A DNA stretch of 60,894 nt, filler included. It is 7 parts of 7 records of this genome, joined end to end, with 100 filler letters (N's around TTAATTAATTAA, not from the genome) between each part and the next. Parts side by side here need not be neighbours in the genome. Positions count along the whole stretch, not along the records: positions 21,814 to 47,854 come from SRR7504441_304; 6 more parts are not named here. One strand, written 5' to 3'. This document shows positions 33,401 through 45,272 of the stretch, piece after piece. The stretch's first letter is position 1. Every line of letters starts with the position of its first letter. The notes beneath the pieces are model-generated. The model searched no databases, was not told where the DNA came from, and saw only the letters and a program-made list of their open reading frames with translations. The translations under genes and the position numbers were made by a program.

Positions 33401-35394
33401 GCACCAGCACCATCCCCTGCGAGTCGAGCGTCTGTGTTACAACTGACTTGCAATCCGACGAGAACCCACCTACCGGCCACTGAGCCCTTCAGCGCAGCAC
33501 ACAGGCCCACCTCCAATCGAAGCGCCGTATGTGGGCGGCGTGGGCATGGTGTAGCATGTGTCTGGCCTGCCGGTCCCACCATAGAACCCTGCTCTCCACA
33601 CCCACGCCTTCTCTTGCTCAAGCATGAACACGCAGCAGGCTGCCGCCTGCAGCTCCTGACAGACAATCATCGCCGCCAGGTCGGCCACTTGGCGGAGCGG
33701 CTGGCGCTGCGCCGCGCCCATTAGCTGGTGCTGATACGTTTCCAGGCAGCGTCCCATCTTAAGTTGCACAGTAGCGCTCTGCTGCTGGCGATCGCGGTGT
33801 ATCGCAGCTGCAATGTGCTGGCCAACCTGCCCACCAGTCAGCCTCGAGCCTAACCAAAGGTGGCACCTCGAGTAAATATTGCGAGTCCTCCGGCGAGAAC
33901 TCGGTAGTCTCTCGCTTGTTGGCTACCTGGAACACGCCGACACACTGCTCTTGAGTCATCAGCGGGATCGAGACGAGCGATCGGGTGTTGTTGCCACACA
34001 CGCCGTCCACAAACCGGTTGAACCGAGAGTCGAGGGTTGCGTCCGGACATCCGACCGGACTCTTCATCATGGCGGCGTGCCCCGCAATCCCCGCGCCAGC
34101 CAGTGGCATCCTGTGCTCGCCTGAGCCTGTGAAGTGCCACAGCGACTGCTCCTCCACTAGCAGAAGGTGCGCCCCCTGCCGCAAGTGAGCGCCCGGCCTG
34201 GGTCGGCGGCACACCTCGCAGTCGATTAGCTTTTTGGCGAGCGTGAGTGCGGCATCAAACAGCTTCTCGAGGTCCAAAGAGGCGAGGTGTGCAGCGATCT
34301 CAACCTACCGACATTCCAGCTCAGCGCACACCCCCAGCCGGCCCACCGTGGTCAGCTCGATCATCTGGGAAGCCGACCGCTGCGCCGACTTGCGCTTCAG
34401 GTTGAGCTTGAGCGATTGCTCCAACACAAACGTGCCCGACCCAAGCACCTGCCCGCGGCTCGCTCCGGCGCCCTCGCTGCTCTCAAACCCGTGTGAGCTC
34501 TCGCTCGATCATCACCCTGTGCCCCTCCGAGAACAGCCGTTGGACTACCTGCTTGCGGGGTCGGCTCTGGCCACTGGCGCTCGCACCTCGATCACCAGCC
34601 GGGGCAGCACTTGCATCAGACTGTCCTCGGCTTCAGGGTCCTACAGGGCCGGTGAGCGGCCCAGCCGGCCAAGCCGCGCCTGCGACAGGTCCTCGCCCAG
34701 CCTGCTGGCATCGAGCAACGTCTGATAGAAGCAGGAGCCCAATTCAGACACCAGCCGCTGCGCGAGCAGCATCGTGTCGTCAGGCACCGCGCTCCCACCC
34801 TGCGCCAACTCGAACTGTGTGGCCATATACTCGTACGCAGTAGAGAACAGGTTGTCGCAGTGGTCCAGGTTCACCAGCCAGGCAAACTGCTCCTGCGGCC
34901 CCGGGCTGTGGCCCGACAGCGCCAGCGCGCACCTTTGTGGTGCCCCGGGCGGCTCGCAGGCACATCTTCTTGGCCTCCTCGACACCCTGCAGTCGGACCG
35001 GGGCCCCGAGCTGCTTGGCGATCTGGGCCAGCTCGGCGATGTTGACCGTCTCCTTTGGCGAGCCGTGCGTCCGCCTATTTGGCGAGTTTTCCGGAGACGA
35101 GCCGATCGGGGAGAGCCGGTGCGGGGAAGTGGACTTGGCCGGGTGGGTGCGGCGCTGCTTGGCCCCGCGGGCCGCCTTGTGGAACTCTGTCCGTTGGGCG
35201 AGGAACTGCCGGACTAGCTGCTCCGGCTCCGGGTCGCCGGTGGGGGCCCACTGGAAGGCCGCCGCGGCCGCCTGCGTGTGCAGCCTGGCGTCCTGCACCG
35301 AGCGGTCGAGCTCCTGCCGGGCGGCCGCCACTACGGACGGCGTGGGGGCCCCGCTGCCCCCGGGGTGCCCCTCCGGCGGCCGGTGCCGGCTCAT
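30452..35394 (-). CDS. Large protein with about six tandem GAF domains
   Basis: Repeated GIAGHA...D.RFN..VD...SL..IP...GV..V.NK....F...D units (~34280-30790); ATG 35394; many short introns. Confidence 0.85.
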
Positions 35395-35534
35395 CCGGCG
35401 CTGCTGCCTGGCCCTGCCCGAGACGGGTGGCTCTCGATATAGCCCTTTCTTTGCCTGCAGATTGATGCCGTTGGCCAACAACGCCTCTCGCTCGAGCCTG
35501 CTGCCACACCAACTGGGTTGTTGTCGACTTGGTC

Positions 35535-37423
35535 ATGCCGTGGAACGAGGTGACGGACCCGGCCTCTGGCAAGCCGTACTACTTCAACACCGAGACCCGC
35601 GAGACCCGATGGGACAAGCCGGCCGAGATGAACGTGGCACCGGTGGCGGCGGCTCCGGCGGCCCAGCCGGGCCAGTGGCGCGAAGTGAACGATCCGGCCT
35701 CGGGCAAGCCGTACTACTACAACACAGCGACCAAGGAGACCCGCTGGAACAAGCCCCCGGAGATGGCCGGCGCCAGCGGTGCCGCTCGGCCGCCCCGGCC
35801 CGTTCGAGCAGGATGGGGCAGGCGGGGCGGCGGCCCCGGCCGCCTCGGAATGGAAAGAAGTGCCTGACCCGTCGACGGTGGGACCCCCCGGGGAGGGGCG
35901 GGGCTCAGGCTGGGTGCAGGGGAAGCCGTACTACTACAACACCCGGACGATGCAGACCTCATGGACCAAGCCGGCGGAGATGGCTGCGAGCGAACCGGCC
36001 CCGGCTGGGCTTTGGAAGCAGGCCACGGAGCCAGGGACCGGCCGGCCCTACTGGTACAATCCGGAGACCAAGGAGACGACTTGGGAGCGCCCGGCTGGGG
36101 CAGCCGGGCCGGACCCCGCCCAGGCTATGGCGGGGTATGGGATGCCGCATGGCATGATGCCTCAGGTGCGCGGCTGTCGCACACTGTCGCACTGAGCGCC
36201 CCGGGTGGCAGTATGGCATGGGAGGTCCGATGGGGGGCGGCGGGCAGTATGGCGCGATGGGCGGTCAGTATGGTGCTCAGCCGCCGATGGTGTGGCTGTG
36301 CGTGAGGCGATCAGGCTGAGCTCGCGCAGGGGTATGGGATGCCGGCGATGGGCGGAATGGGGGGGGGATATGGGATGCGGCCAATGGGCGCGCAGATGCA
36401 GCAAGGGTACTCAGGTTTCGAACGCCGCCGGCTGATAGCTAACTAGGTATTTGATAATAGGTAATAATCCGCATGGCGCTCCTGGCGGTCAATCGGGGCC
36501 CCACCCTAACTTCAAGTCCAAGCCATGCAAGCGGTTTTTGGAATCAGGGAATTGTTCATTTGGCGAACGGTATGTGTCTGGCAGTCCCGTCTGGGTGTTA
36601 CAGATCACAGATAATACACGACACACACACTAGGTTGTTGCGGCTTTGGTGACGGTTAGGCTGTCAGGTGTGGGTTTGCTCACGGTGACCACGACCTTAG
36701 ACAAGCCGGGACCTATGGACAAGTATACATAAACCCCGGGGCAGCAGCAGCAGCCGGTGTTCAACAGATGCCAGCGGTGCGTGCTTTGGCTCAGCCCCGG
36801 TCTTGAGTGCGGTGTCGCAGGTGCAGCAGCAGCCTGCTGCGGCCCAGCCGATGCAAGCGATGCATCCCGGGATGCCAAGCGGGATGCCAAGCGGGATGCC
36901 GGACCAGGCGGCTCAGGCAGGGTATGGCGCAGCGAGCATGGACCCCTATGGTGCGGAGAAGAAGCCACAGAACGATAATTTGCTCAAGACAAAACTGTGT
37001 GTCTCATGGCAGCGAACTGGCATATGCTCGTTTGGCGATCGTTGTAGGTTTGCGCACGGCGAGGCAGATCTGCGAGGACCTGGCCAAGCGCTACAGATGA
37101 ACATTCAAGAGGCTAGCCAGCAGCCGCCTGTCAACATGTCTGCCAATGGAGGGGCTGCGGCGGCCATGATGGCACCAACTGTGCTCACACCCGCTCAGCA
37201 GGCTCCTCCGGTGCGGCACAGCACTGCGCTTGTGACACGTATGCGGCAGGTGGCAGCCCAAGCACCGGCACAGCCTCAGCCAGCGATGGCACCTGCGCCT
37301 GGCCCTGTATTGCCTCCAGTTGGTGGTAGCGACAACACTCCTCTAGACTTCAGCAGTTCAAAGCGAGGGCCTGAAGAGAGCCAAGGGGGGGGAGAGACTG
37401 CCAAGCGACAATGCGTGGAGTAG
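35535..37423 (+). CDS. Four-WW-domain, two-CCCH-zinc-finger protein
   Basis: W.E..DP.SGKPYY.NT.T.ET.W.KP x4; FKSKPCKRFLESGNCSFGERCGFAHG (after intron 36570-36667) and LKTKLCVSWQRTGICSFGDRCRFAHG; Gly/Met/Pro low-complexity linker. Confidence 0.9.
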
Positions 37424-37762
37424 AGACTTATCAACCTCGATAGCTCGTTGACAAAGTTCGACTTGGCAAATCGCTCGATCGCTTGTAGCAAATTGCTCTT
37501 TACATCCATGAATTCGCATTTTACGTGCGCTAATCGAGGTCGCGTTTCTCATTATTTAAACTTGGCATGATATGCATTGCTATTGCTTGAAACAATTCTT
37601 CGAGTATTCAATCGAGTACTTGTTGCATTATCACAATAACATTACGTCATTCGATTCACGGATTAACATTAGTGTGTAATGGTGTGTAATCATGATTGTG
37701 TACATGTGTAGGCTAGTAAGTTTCGTTCTCAGTAGGGTTATATAATTGTTATCGTTGTGTCG

Positions 37763-40341
37763 TCACCAATCGTCACCACCCCAATCTTCGTTGTCGTCCC
37801 AGCCATCAGCCTTTGCTGCTGCCTTTGCCACTTTCACTGGTTTGGCCGGTGGCGTGGAAACCGGAGGCTTACTGATCTGCTTAGGAGCAGCAGCTTTCTT
37901 TGCAGGAGGCGTTGCTATCTTAGCGCCCATTGGTTGGGCTCGTCGCTGCTGCTCTGCTTGGCCCGCTGTTTTGGCTTGGACTTGAGTCGACTGCTTGGGC
38001 TTGGACGGCACACTTACCTTCTTTGGCGGGCTCACTACCTCAGCCTGAGCCACCACCTCGTCCAGCCCTTCGTCGTCCCAGCCCTCATCATCGTCCAGCC
38101 CCTCGTCAGGCTCGTCATCCCACCCCTCGTCGACCGCCTTCACACCAACCCTGTTTGCCTCCTGTGGCGTCGGTGCAGGAGCGACCTGCTTTGCCGCCAT
38201 ACCTGCACACAAGGTCAGCCCGGCTGTCAGGCCGCCGAAGCAGCACCAGGCTTCCGCAGTTCACCCACGGAAGAGTTCGACGGCGCGGTAGTGTTAGTGG
38301 AACCAGCAGTCTCGACTCCCTTGACCACGATGTCTGAGAGCCCTTTCATAGCCCAAGAAGTCCAGTCGCTGCCGCTTTGCTCGGGCTGCTGCTCCTCCTT
38401 GGGCTCATCAGGCGCCTACTCCGCTCTGATCGGCTGGCTGTCCGGGGGCACCTGGTCCTGCTTGAGCTTCTCCTCATCTGAAGCCGCCTCGAGGGCATCC
38501 GTAACCTTTCGCAGCAACTGGATCGCGTACGCGCGCACAGAGTGCTGTTGGTCAATTGCCAGAAGCCCAAGCACAGGCAGCACTTGCGATCCGAGTGTCT
38601 GTGTGCGTTGGATTAGCCTGCCCTGGGCTACTGGAGGCACACCTTCTGATCGAACAAATCACCCGAACAAGTCGCAGACAGCGTGAGGCATGTGGCCTCG
38701 CGAGCTTTCGAGAACGGGTCTTTCGCAGCCTGTGGCCAGCTCAGAGGCCGCCAGGCCTGTGTGGGTGCCTTGAGAATGGCAGGGCACAGCACCTTGTTCC
38801 GCACTCGCGGAGTCAAGCAGTGGGCAATCTGCCGGGCCGGCTCAGCGACCTGCCAGAGCCTCGGCGACACCTTGCCCATGCAAACAATCGTGTTAGTCCG
38901 GATCACGGGCTCTTTGTCGACTAGTGTGCGGAGCAGCGCCTTGGCCACCTCCTCGGCCTTGGCGTCGGCCAGCTGGTTGGTGTCCGGGTCCACCTGACCT
39001 AGCTCGCCTAGCCTAGCTAATGGGCTCACCATCTTTGGCACGAGCTGGTGGATAGACACGACTGTTAAATCCCTCAGTTGTGGTGCGGAGTCCGACAGAC
39101 CTTGCACCACCTAGCCGGCCAGCTCGGCCAGCCAGTCTAATATCGGGCCGCCTGAGGGTAGACAGCCTCGTGCAGCGTGCTCCGCTCCAGGTGTTCCACG
39201 ATCCCCGCCATGTGCTGCAGCAGGGAGGCGCGCACCGCCCGATCCGGCCACCCGAGTAGCTGCACCAGCAGTGGCTGAACTGTCAGTTGGAACTCGGCGC
39301 TGGTGAGCGATCGGGCGATGGCAAGCATCGGGGGCAGGGCCTCCACCACTAGGCTGGGCCCTGGCTGGAGAGCCTGAATCAGATGCGGCAGCACCTGCAC
39401 CAGAGCGTGACGCTGGGCAGCCGGGCGGGCACCTTGTACTGCGCCACTGGGCTGGGCAGCCCACCGACCACCGCGGGCAGGCTCTGGAAGAACCGGACCT
39501 GCTCGTCCCGCGACTTGAGCGCGGCGTCCTCTATGAACTTGAGCATTTGCGTGTATTTGCTCTTGAGCGCTGCGTGGGTTGCCAATCGGTCTGGGGTGAT
39601 CCGGCTGGCCGGGTTGGTGCTGACTAGCTTGGACCAGGCCGCCTTGAGCGCCTGCGGCCGCGGGTTACTGTCCCACAACTGGTAGATCAGGCAGCCGACC
39701 CCCCACATATCCCACGCGTGCACAGGGTACCCTTCTCCGGTACAGCTCTCAGGAGGGGAGTACGCCTTCGGAAACCAGCTGGCCAGGCAGCGTGTGTCGG
39801 GCACCGCCCCACCGGCCACGGCCTGCGCCTCGACCGCCGCCTCGAAACCGGCCAGCTTCCAGTCACCGCCCTGGGTCACGTATACACTGGCAGGGTTGAA
39901 GCTGCCCAGCACCAGCCCGGCCTGGTGGACGAACCCGAGCGCCTGAGCCAGCTGGTGCAACCCCCAGGTGACCGCCTCCGGGTGCCGGGTCGGGTCGGCC
40001 AGCTCAGACTGCTCGTCCAGCAGCGCCGGCAGCGGCACCGCCCGCTCGGAGGCGAACGAGATTTCGGCGGCCGTCTCGACTGACCCGAGGAACTTGAGGA
40101 TGTGCGGGTGGCGCATGGTCTTGAGCCGCTTGACCGCCCGACGGGCCGCCTCCACCACAGGGCCGCCGTCCGGGTAGTCCTGGAGCGCGAAGCTGTGGAT
40201 GCTTACCGGGAGGCTGGTGTTCACGTCGGTGCCCGGCCGGACCTGCCAGCTGCCAGCACGTAGCGGTTCGGCCTCAGGGTCAGGCCGGAATGGGAACTCC
40301 GCGCTCGCCCCGCTGACCAGAGCCGAGGCCCACGCAAACAT
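37763..40341 (-). CDS. SCYL1: SCY1-like pseudokinase with HEAT repeats (Cex1/SCYL1)
   Basis: KRLKTMRHPHILKFL, WGLHQLA.AL.FVH, VYVTQGGDWKLAGFE, DRAVR..LLQ, EPVIRTNT.VC.GK, KDPF..AR, acidic DGWDD tail. Confidence 0.93.
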
Positions 40342-40461
40342 GGCGCTCTGCGTGCAAACGAACCTCCCCGCTGCGCTAACCCAAGCACTGGCCCCCTCTT
40401 TGCCTGCAACAGCAGACGCCGAAGGACCTGAAGACCTGCAGCGTAGCAGTGGCATGGAGTG

Positions 40462-40506
40462 ACTACCTGGTAACTACCTGGTACTAACCTGGTACGTACT
40501 GGTACT
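40462..40506. repeat. Degenerate tandem repeat (ACTACCTGGTA)n in intergenic spacer
   Basis: actacctggta actacctggta ctaacctggta cgtactggtac read directly. Confidence 0.85.
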
Positions 40507-40771
40507 TGCAATTGAGACTAAATTGAGACTACGTACTCCGCTACTCGCGTGCAACAGTTATAGCAACAGAAGCCGAAGGAACACGTGCACTGCGCATGCA
40601 GCTGACTGGGAGGCGTCGGAGGCGTACTTGCATCTGACCCTCTTCCCGCCCTTTCCGAACTCCGAAGTCCGAAGGGAAAGTTTCAGTCAACTGTTCGTTC
40701 AAATCCAATTCAATGATTTGTAATTACTAATATGACTTAACTCCTACGCGGACGCGATTGACAGCTGAACG

Positions 40772-41950
40772 TTAGACTAAATGCGCCGTGGCTGGCAGCG
40801 GCTTGGAAGTTAGCAACGCGATGCCTCGCCCCTTGGGCCCGACCGCACAATAGAACATGTAGCCAACGCCGCCCTCGTACACGACACTCACCTTGTGCGC
40901 ATGCTGGGCGTCGATCCCAGCCGGGTGCCCTCCAGCCTTGTACAGCGGCTCAGGGTCCTTCTCCCAGTGCAGCAAATCCATCGAGAAAGCAACCTCAATA
41001 TCAGCGTGGCCACCGGTCGAATCGCCCAGCCCGAAATAAAACATGACCCAAACGCCCTGCTCCTGGTCAAAGTAGACTTTGGGGTCCGAGGCCATCCTGC
41101 TGTCATCGGACCCTTCTGCTCCCGACGCAATCACCGGTGAGGCTGGGTTGTGGCTCCAGAGCGATCGATTGCCCTCGATGCCCGGCAGGTCTGCCACCGC
41201 CAGATTGGCAAGCCCGCTCTCTTCTGCTGTCTGATTGAACTCGTTGCGCCCCCTGGCGTTATAGAAGTCGTAACAGGTGCCGTTGTGCACTACAAGAAAG
41301 GGCTGGTACACTACTTCGCTCTCCCAAGGCGCCAAGCTGCTGGAGCCTCCGGGCAATATCGGGACTGACTGACTCACACGGGACCAGCCGACGCCATCCG
41401 CCGACTGGGCCACACCCTCCCCGCCGTTCCCGGCCTCGTACCCGGCCCGGGACGGGTAGCAGCCGTACAGGACGTGGTACTGCCCGTTGGTCTTCTGCAG
41501 GGTCCTTGGGTCCTCGAGCGCGTTCGAGGTGTAATGTGGCCCACCCAGCGTCACGCCGCCGTAGTCGTAGCTGCCCGGGATCGGGTTCCGTTTGAGCACA
41601 AGCCCGTTGTCGCCGCCCTGGTTGAAGCTCCAGTGCACCAAGTCCTCCGAGGTGGCCAGTGCAGCCTCGTATCCGTAGTCACCCTTGATATCGTGAAAGA
41701 ACAGGTACGACATCCGGAATTTGCCCGGCAGGCTGTCCTCTGGCGTCTTCTGCCACACCACTGGCGCGTCGGTCTTGTCCTGCCCCGTAAAGTTGCCGGC
41801 CTTGGGCGGGACCACAAAGCCATCGAACGGCCCGTCCACGTAGCTCCAGTTGCGGTACTTGAGCGAGAGCTGCTGCACCGGCGCAGGCAGCGGCGCACGG
41901 CCCGTGGCCGTCCCGAGTACGCAGAGAAGGACCGCGAGCCTCGGCGTCAT
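40772..41950 (-). CDS. Secreted five-bladed beta-propeller glycoside hydrolase (GH32/43/130-like)
   Basis: Signal peptide MTPRLAVLLCVLGTATG (ATG 41950); blade motifs LATSEDLVHWS, AQSADGVGWSR, ASDPKV, AFSMDLLHWEK; intronless. Confidence 0.82.
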   Translation of the reverse strand: MTPRLAVLLCVLGTATGRAPLPAPVQQLSLKYRNWSYVDGPFDGFVVPPKAGNFTGQDKTDAPVVWQKTPEDSLPGKFRMSYLFFHDIKGDYGYEAALATSEDLVHWSFNQGGDNGLVLKRNPIPGSYDYGGVTLGGPHYTSNALEDPRTLQKTNGQYHVLYGCYPSRAGYEAGNGGEGVAQSADGVGWSRVSQSVPILPGGSSSLAPWESEVVYQPFLVVHNGTCYDFYNARGRNEFNQTAEESGLANLAVADLPGIEGNRSLWSHNPASPVIASGAEGSDDSRMASDPKVYFDQEQGVWVMFYFGLGDSTGGHADIEVAFSMDLLHWEKDPEPLYKAGGHPAGIDAQHAHKVSVVYEGGVGYMFYCAVGPKGRGIALLTSKPLPATAHLV

Positions 41951-42068
41951 GGTGCTACTCGGCGTGCCCGGTGAGCTGGTAGTGGCCATCGCCGCTCTTG
42001 CCGACGGGGCAACGGCAACGCAACTCTCCGCCCTCCGCGCTCCGGTCGGGTGCTCATCAACACGAGGG

Positions 42069-44980
42069 ATGGAGGCCGCCGAGGAGGACTCGGTGTCGGT
42101 GTTCGTCTCGCGCGACTTCTCCCCGGAGCAATTTGTGGCGCAGGCCATCCGCGGCCGGACAGTCCCAGCGGCCCGCTGGCAGGCCGAGCAGGGGGCGGCG
42201 GTGATCGACCAACAGATCAAGGCGGAGGTGCTCCGGCGCAAGGAAGAGCTGCTGAACCAGCTGGTGCTCACCGCCAACCTCGAGCCCGAGCTGGCTCCGG
42301 TGCTCGCCGGGGCGGCTGGGGTCCGCGCCGGAGTGGCCCGACTAAAGAGCGAGCTCCTGGGGCCGTTCAACACGCTGCAGAGCCGGACCCGACAGCTGGC
42401 CGATATCCAGGCCGCGGCCGACATTCTGCGACGGGTCGGCCAGCCGCGCTAGCCGGGGGCGAGGTGGGGGCAGGTGATGCGGTACTTGTCGCTGTCGCGG
42501 AAGCTGCGGCAGCAGTTGGGCGGGGGAGTGCACGAACTGCCCAAGGCAGCGCTCAGCTTGTGGGAGCTTGAGGAGTGCACGGCCGACGGGCTGCTGGACG
42601 GCGTGCACGCGGTGGAGGCTGACGCTGACTGGGTCAAGAGGAGCCGAGCCACGGTGTGCGGGCAGGCGGACCGGCTGCTCCAGCACGGAGTTGCCTCCCA
42701 GAACCAGTCAGATATAGGGAACGCGCTCCAGATCTTCTTTAATCTGCAGCAACTGCCCGCCAGAGTGCAGGCGGCGATACAGCACGTGGTCCAGGGCGCG
42801 GTGGCGGCGATCACCAGCACGTTTGACACGGCCAGCTACCCTGCCAGTGACCCCAGTGGGCACTCCGGCCCTGGCTCAGTGGTGCGCAGAGGCGCCCCGG
42901 GAGCAGGCTCCTCAGGTGCTTGCTGGAGCAGCGGGCCGATTGGCGAGCTGTGACGGTGCAGGTGCGTGGAGGGCGGAGCTGTGGCAGCGGTTTGGTGTGC
43001 TTATGACAACTCTGCAAGGCGCGGCCGATCAGGCCGCACGGCTCACCAGAGTGTTGAGCAAGAAGCGTGACCCCGTGTCGTACACACTGTTCGCCGACGC
43101 GGTGCGCCCACCACCGTGATACAGGCGAGCCCGGCTGCGCGCAGGTGGAGGCAGACGGCGGTAAGCCGGCGCTGCAGCAGTTCTGGGAGCAGTTGCTCCA
43201 AGCGCTGGCCGCGGGGCTAGTTGAGCAGTGCGAGGGCTCGGGGTTCGTCAAAAGCACGCTCGAGGCCGAATATCCTCGGATGCTGGCGATGCTGCAGCAG
43301 CTCTCTGCTCAGCAGGCTGGAGTCATCAAGGAGCTCGCGCCTGTATTCAATCTACAGGCTGCTCTGGCAGCCGCAGTGCAGCCTTTCGAGGTCAGAACTG
43401 GGCCGTGCCCGGCCGAGCCTGTGCCAGGACACTTTCCTATCCCGGTGCACTGCTCGCCTGTTCGCCCCCGTGCAGAAGATCAGCCTGGAGCCGCCTTTCT
43501 CTATCAAGGTATGGCCTGCTGCCAGCTGAAACGCTCACGGTCGAGCAGCCTGCCGAGGTGCAGCCTGTAGCCAATGCTGTTGCTGCCGAGATCAAGGCGG
43601 CCCGGTCTTGTACCCAGCTGCTGGTCCAGGTACTAGCGCCCGCTCGGCTTATCTGACAGTTTAATCAGCTGCTCCGGCGCTGTGTTGTCCCAAGCCTCAC
43701 AATGTTCAGCACCAAACTCCGATCCGCGGTCTCGTCCGCGGCTGAGGCCCTCCAGACCGACCAGCAAGCTTCGGCCGCACAACTCCAGAACGCGTCTATT
43801 CACAATGCGCTGATACAGCTGCATCAGGCACCCATCTGAGCGCGCCACTGCCGATTGCCCTCTGCAGGAGCTCCAGCCTAATCTCGAAAGGCTGTGTATT
43901 GAGGCTGGGGTGACTGAGCAAGATGCAGCCAAGGAAGCCATGTCAGCCGTGACAGCGCTGGACACAGCCGCTGCCGACGTGCTGCAGCCGATGCTGCAGA
44001 GTGTCAAGGCGCGAGTCGCTGCTGCTGCTGCGGCTGACTGTTAGGCAGGAGCAAATAGACCAAGAACTGGTCATGATGCACTCGGAGAATTTCGATAAGG
44101 TCAGCTTCACGCTGCACACATGCTGAGCTTGGGGTGTCAGCCGCTGCCTCCTCAGCCGGCGCACGAGACTGGACAACACGTCTCACCTTACGTTCGGTCT
44201 CTTGAGACTATGATCACCCAGACTCGCCGGTGCGTGCGTGCCTGGCCGGGGCTGGACGGCTGGGCAGCCGAATCCTGGCCAAGTTCGATGGGTTTTCAGC
44301 CGATTCAGCGCGGGAGCTGGCGATACACGTGTTGGAGTGCTTCACTGTGCAGGTTCGGCGCGGCTGCTGCAGCCAGCTCAGCGGGCGGGGGGCAGGTCTC
44401 GTTTATGCTGGTCAACATCAAGAGCGAGCCGGGCAAGCTCCGAGTGGCCACTGATATGGTGCAGATCGAGTTCATTGTGCCTCAGAGCCGCGCACCCGAG
44501 CTGACCAGTCCCGGCAGGCCACTTCGCTGTGTGACCAACTCTCGGAGCTGGCGGTGTACAAGAGCCTCCGGGCACTGCGGCCGCTGCTGTTTGGGAGCAC
44601 GGCGGACGTGATTCAGCAGGCCGAGCAGCTGCCTCCTGTCGTGGTGCTTCAGCTGCTGCTGAGCCAGGCCGGTGGCTCTATACCCATGCCGTACGCGGTG
44701 CTTGGGTGGAGCCCCGCCGAGTATGGTGAGCTCGGCTGATAGAGCTGGTGGGCTGAGTTGCTGGCTCAGGGCTGTGGTTGCTCGAGCATTCGCCCCAGGA
44801 GGTGTGGTCTCAGGCAATGTGGCCTGCGCTGCAACGGTATCGGAACGAAGCAGACCTGCGGCAGGTTGGTGCGCGGAGGCGGCTGGCTCCTCACTGGGCC
44901 CTCAGGCGGGCTACGACGCTATCTACGAGCAATTGTGCGAGCTCGGACCGAAACTCGTTGCGGACAAGGAGCAAGGATAG
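42069..44980 (+). CDS. COG5: Conserved oligomeric Golgi complex subunit 5
   Basis: F....FSP..F, IDQQIK.EV....EELL.Q, ELPKAA.SL.EL, NQSDIGNALQIFFNL, LSKKRDPVS, EYPRM, MHSENF, SPYVRSL, KLRVATDM.Q.E, YKSLRALRPLLF; many introns. Confidence 0.92.
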
Positions 44981-45272
44981 GTAATGCCAAGTATGAGTAA
45001 TGCAGAGTGATCATGATAATTATGATCGATAATAATAATCATGATACAATAAGTCAATGTCATGTCTAGAGCAGCGCTCAGTGTGTATTCGCGTACGTTC
45101 TGGTTTGGAATGCTAGAGGTTAATGCAAGTCATGTACTTTAAGCTTATATTGGCCGGTGTGTGTTGCTATTTCCGTCCAACGGCTCGGCTCGGTATTTCG
45201 CGCTTGTGTCGATCTGATCTCCAGGCAACCGGGTCCCTCACGCACGAGGCGCGTGGTCACCTTTTGGACAAC

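Noticed and set aside
35535-36095. Spaced direct repeats resembling a CRISPR-like array
   Set aside because: They are the four WW-domain coding repeats in a eukaryotic gene.
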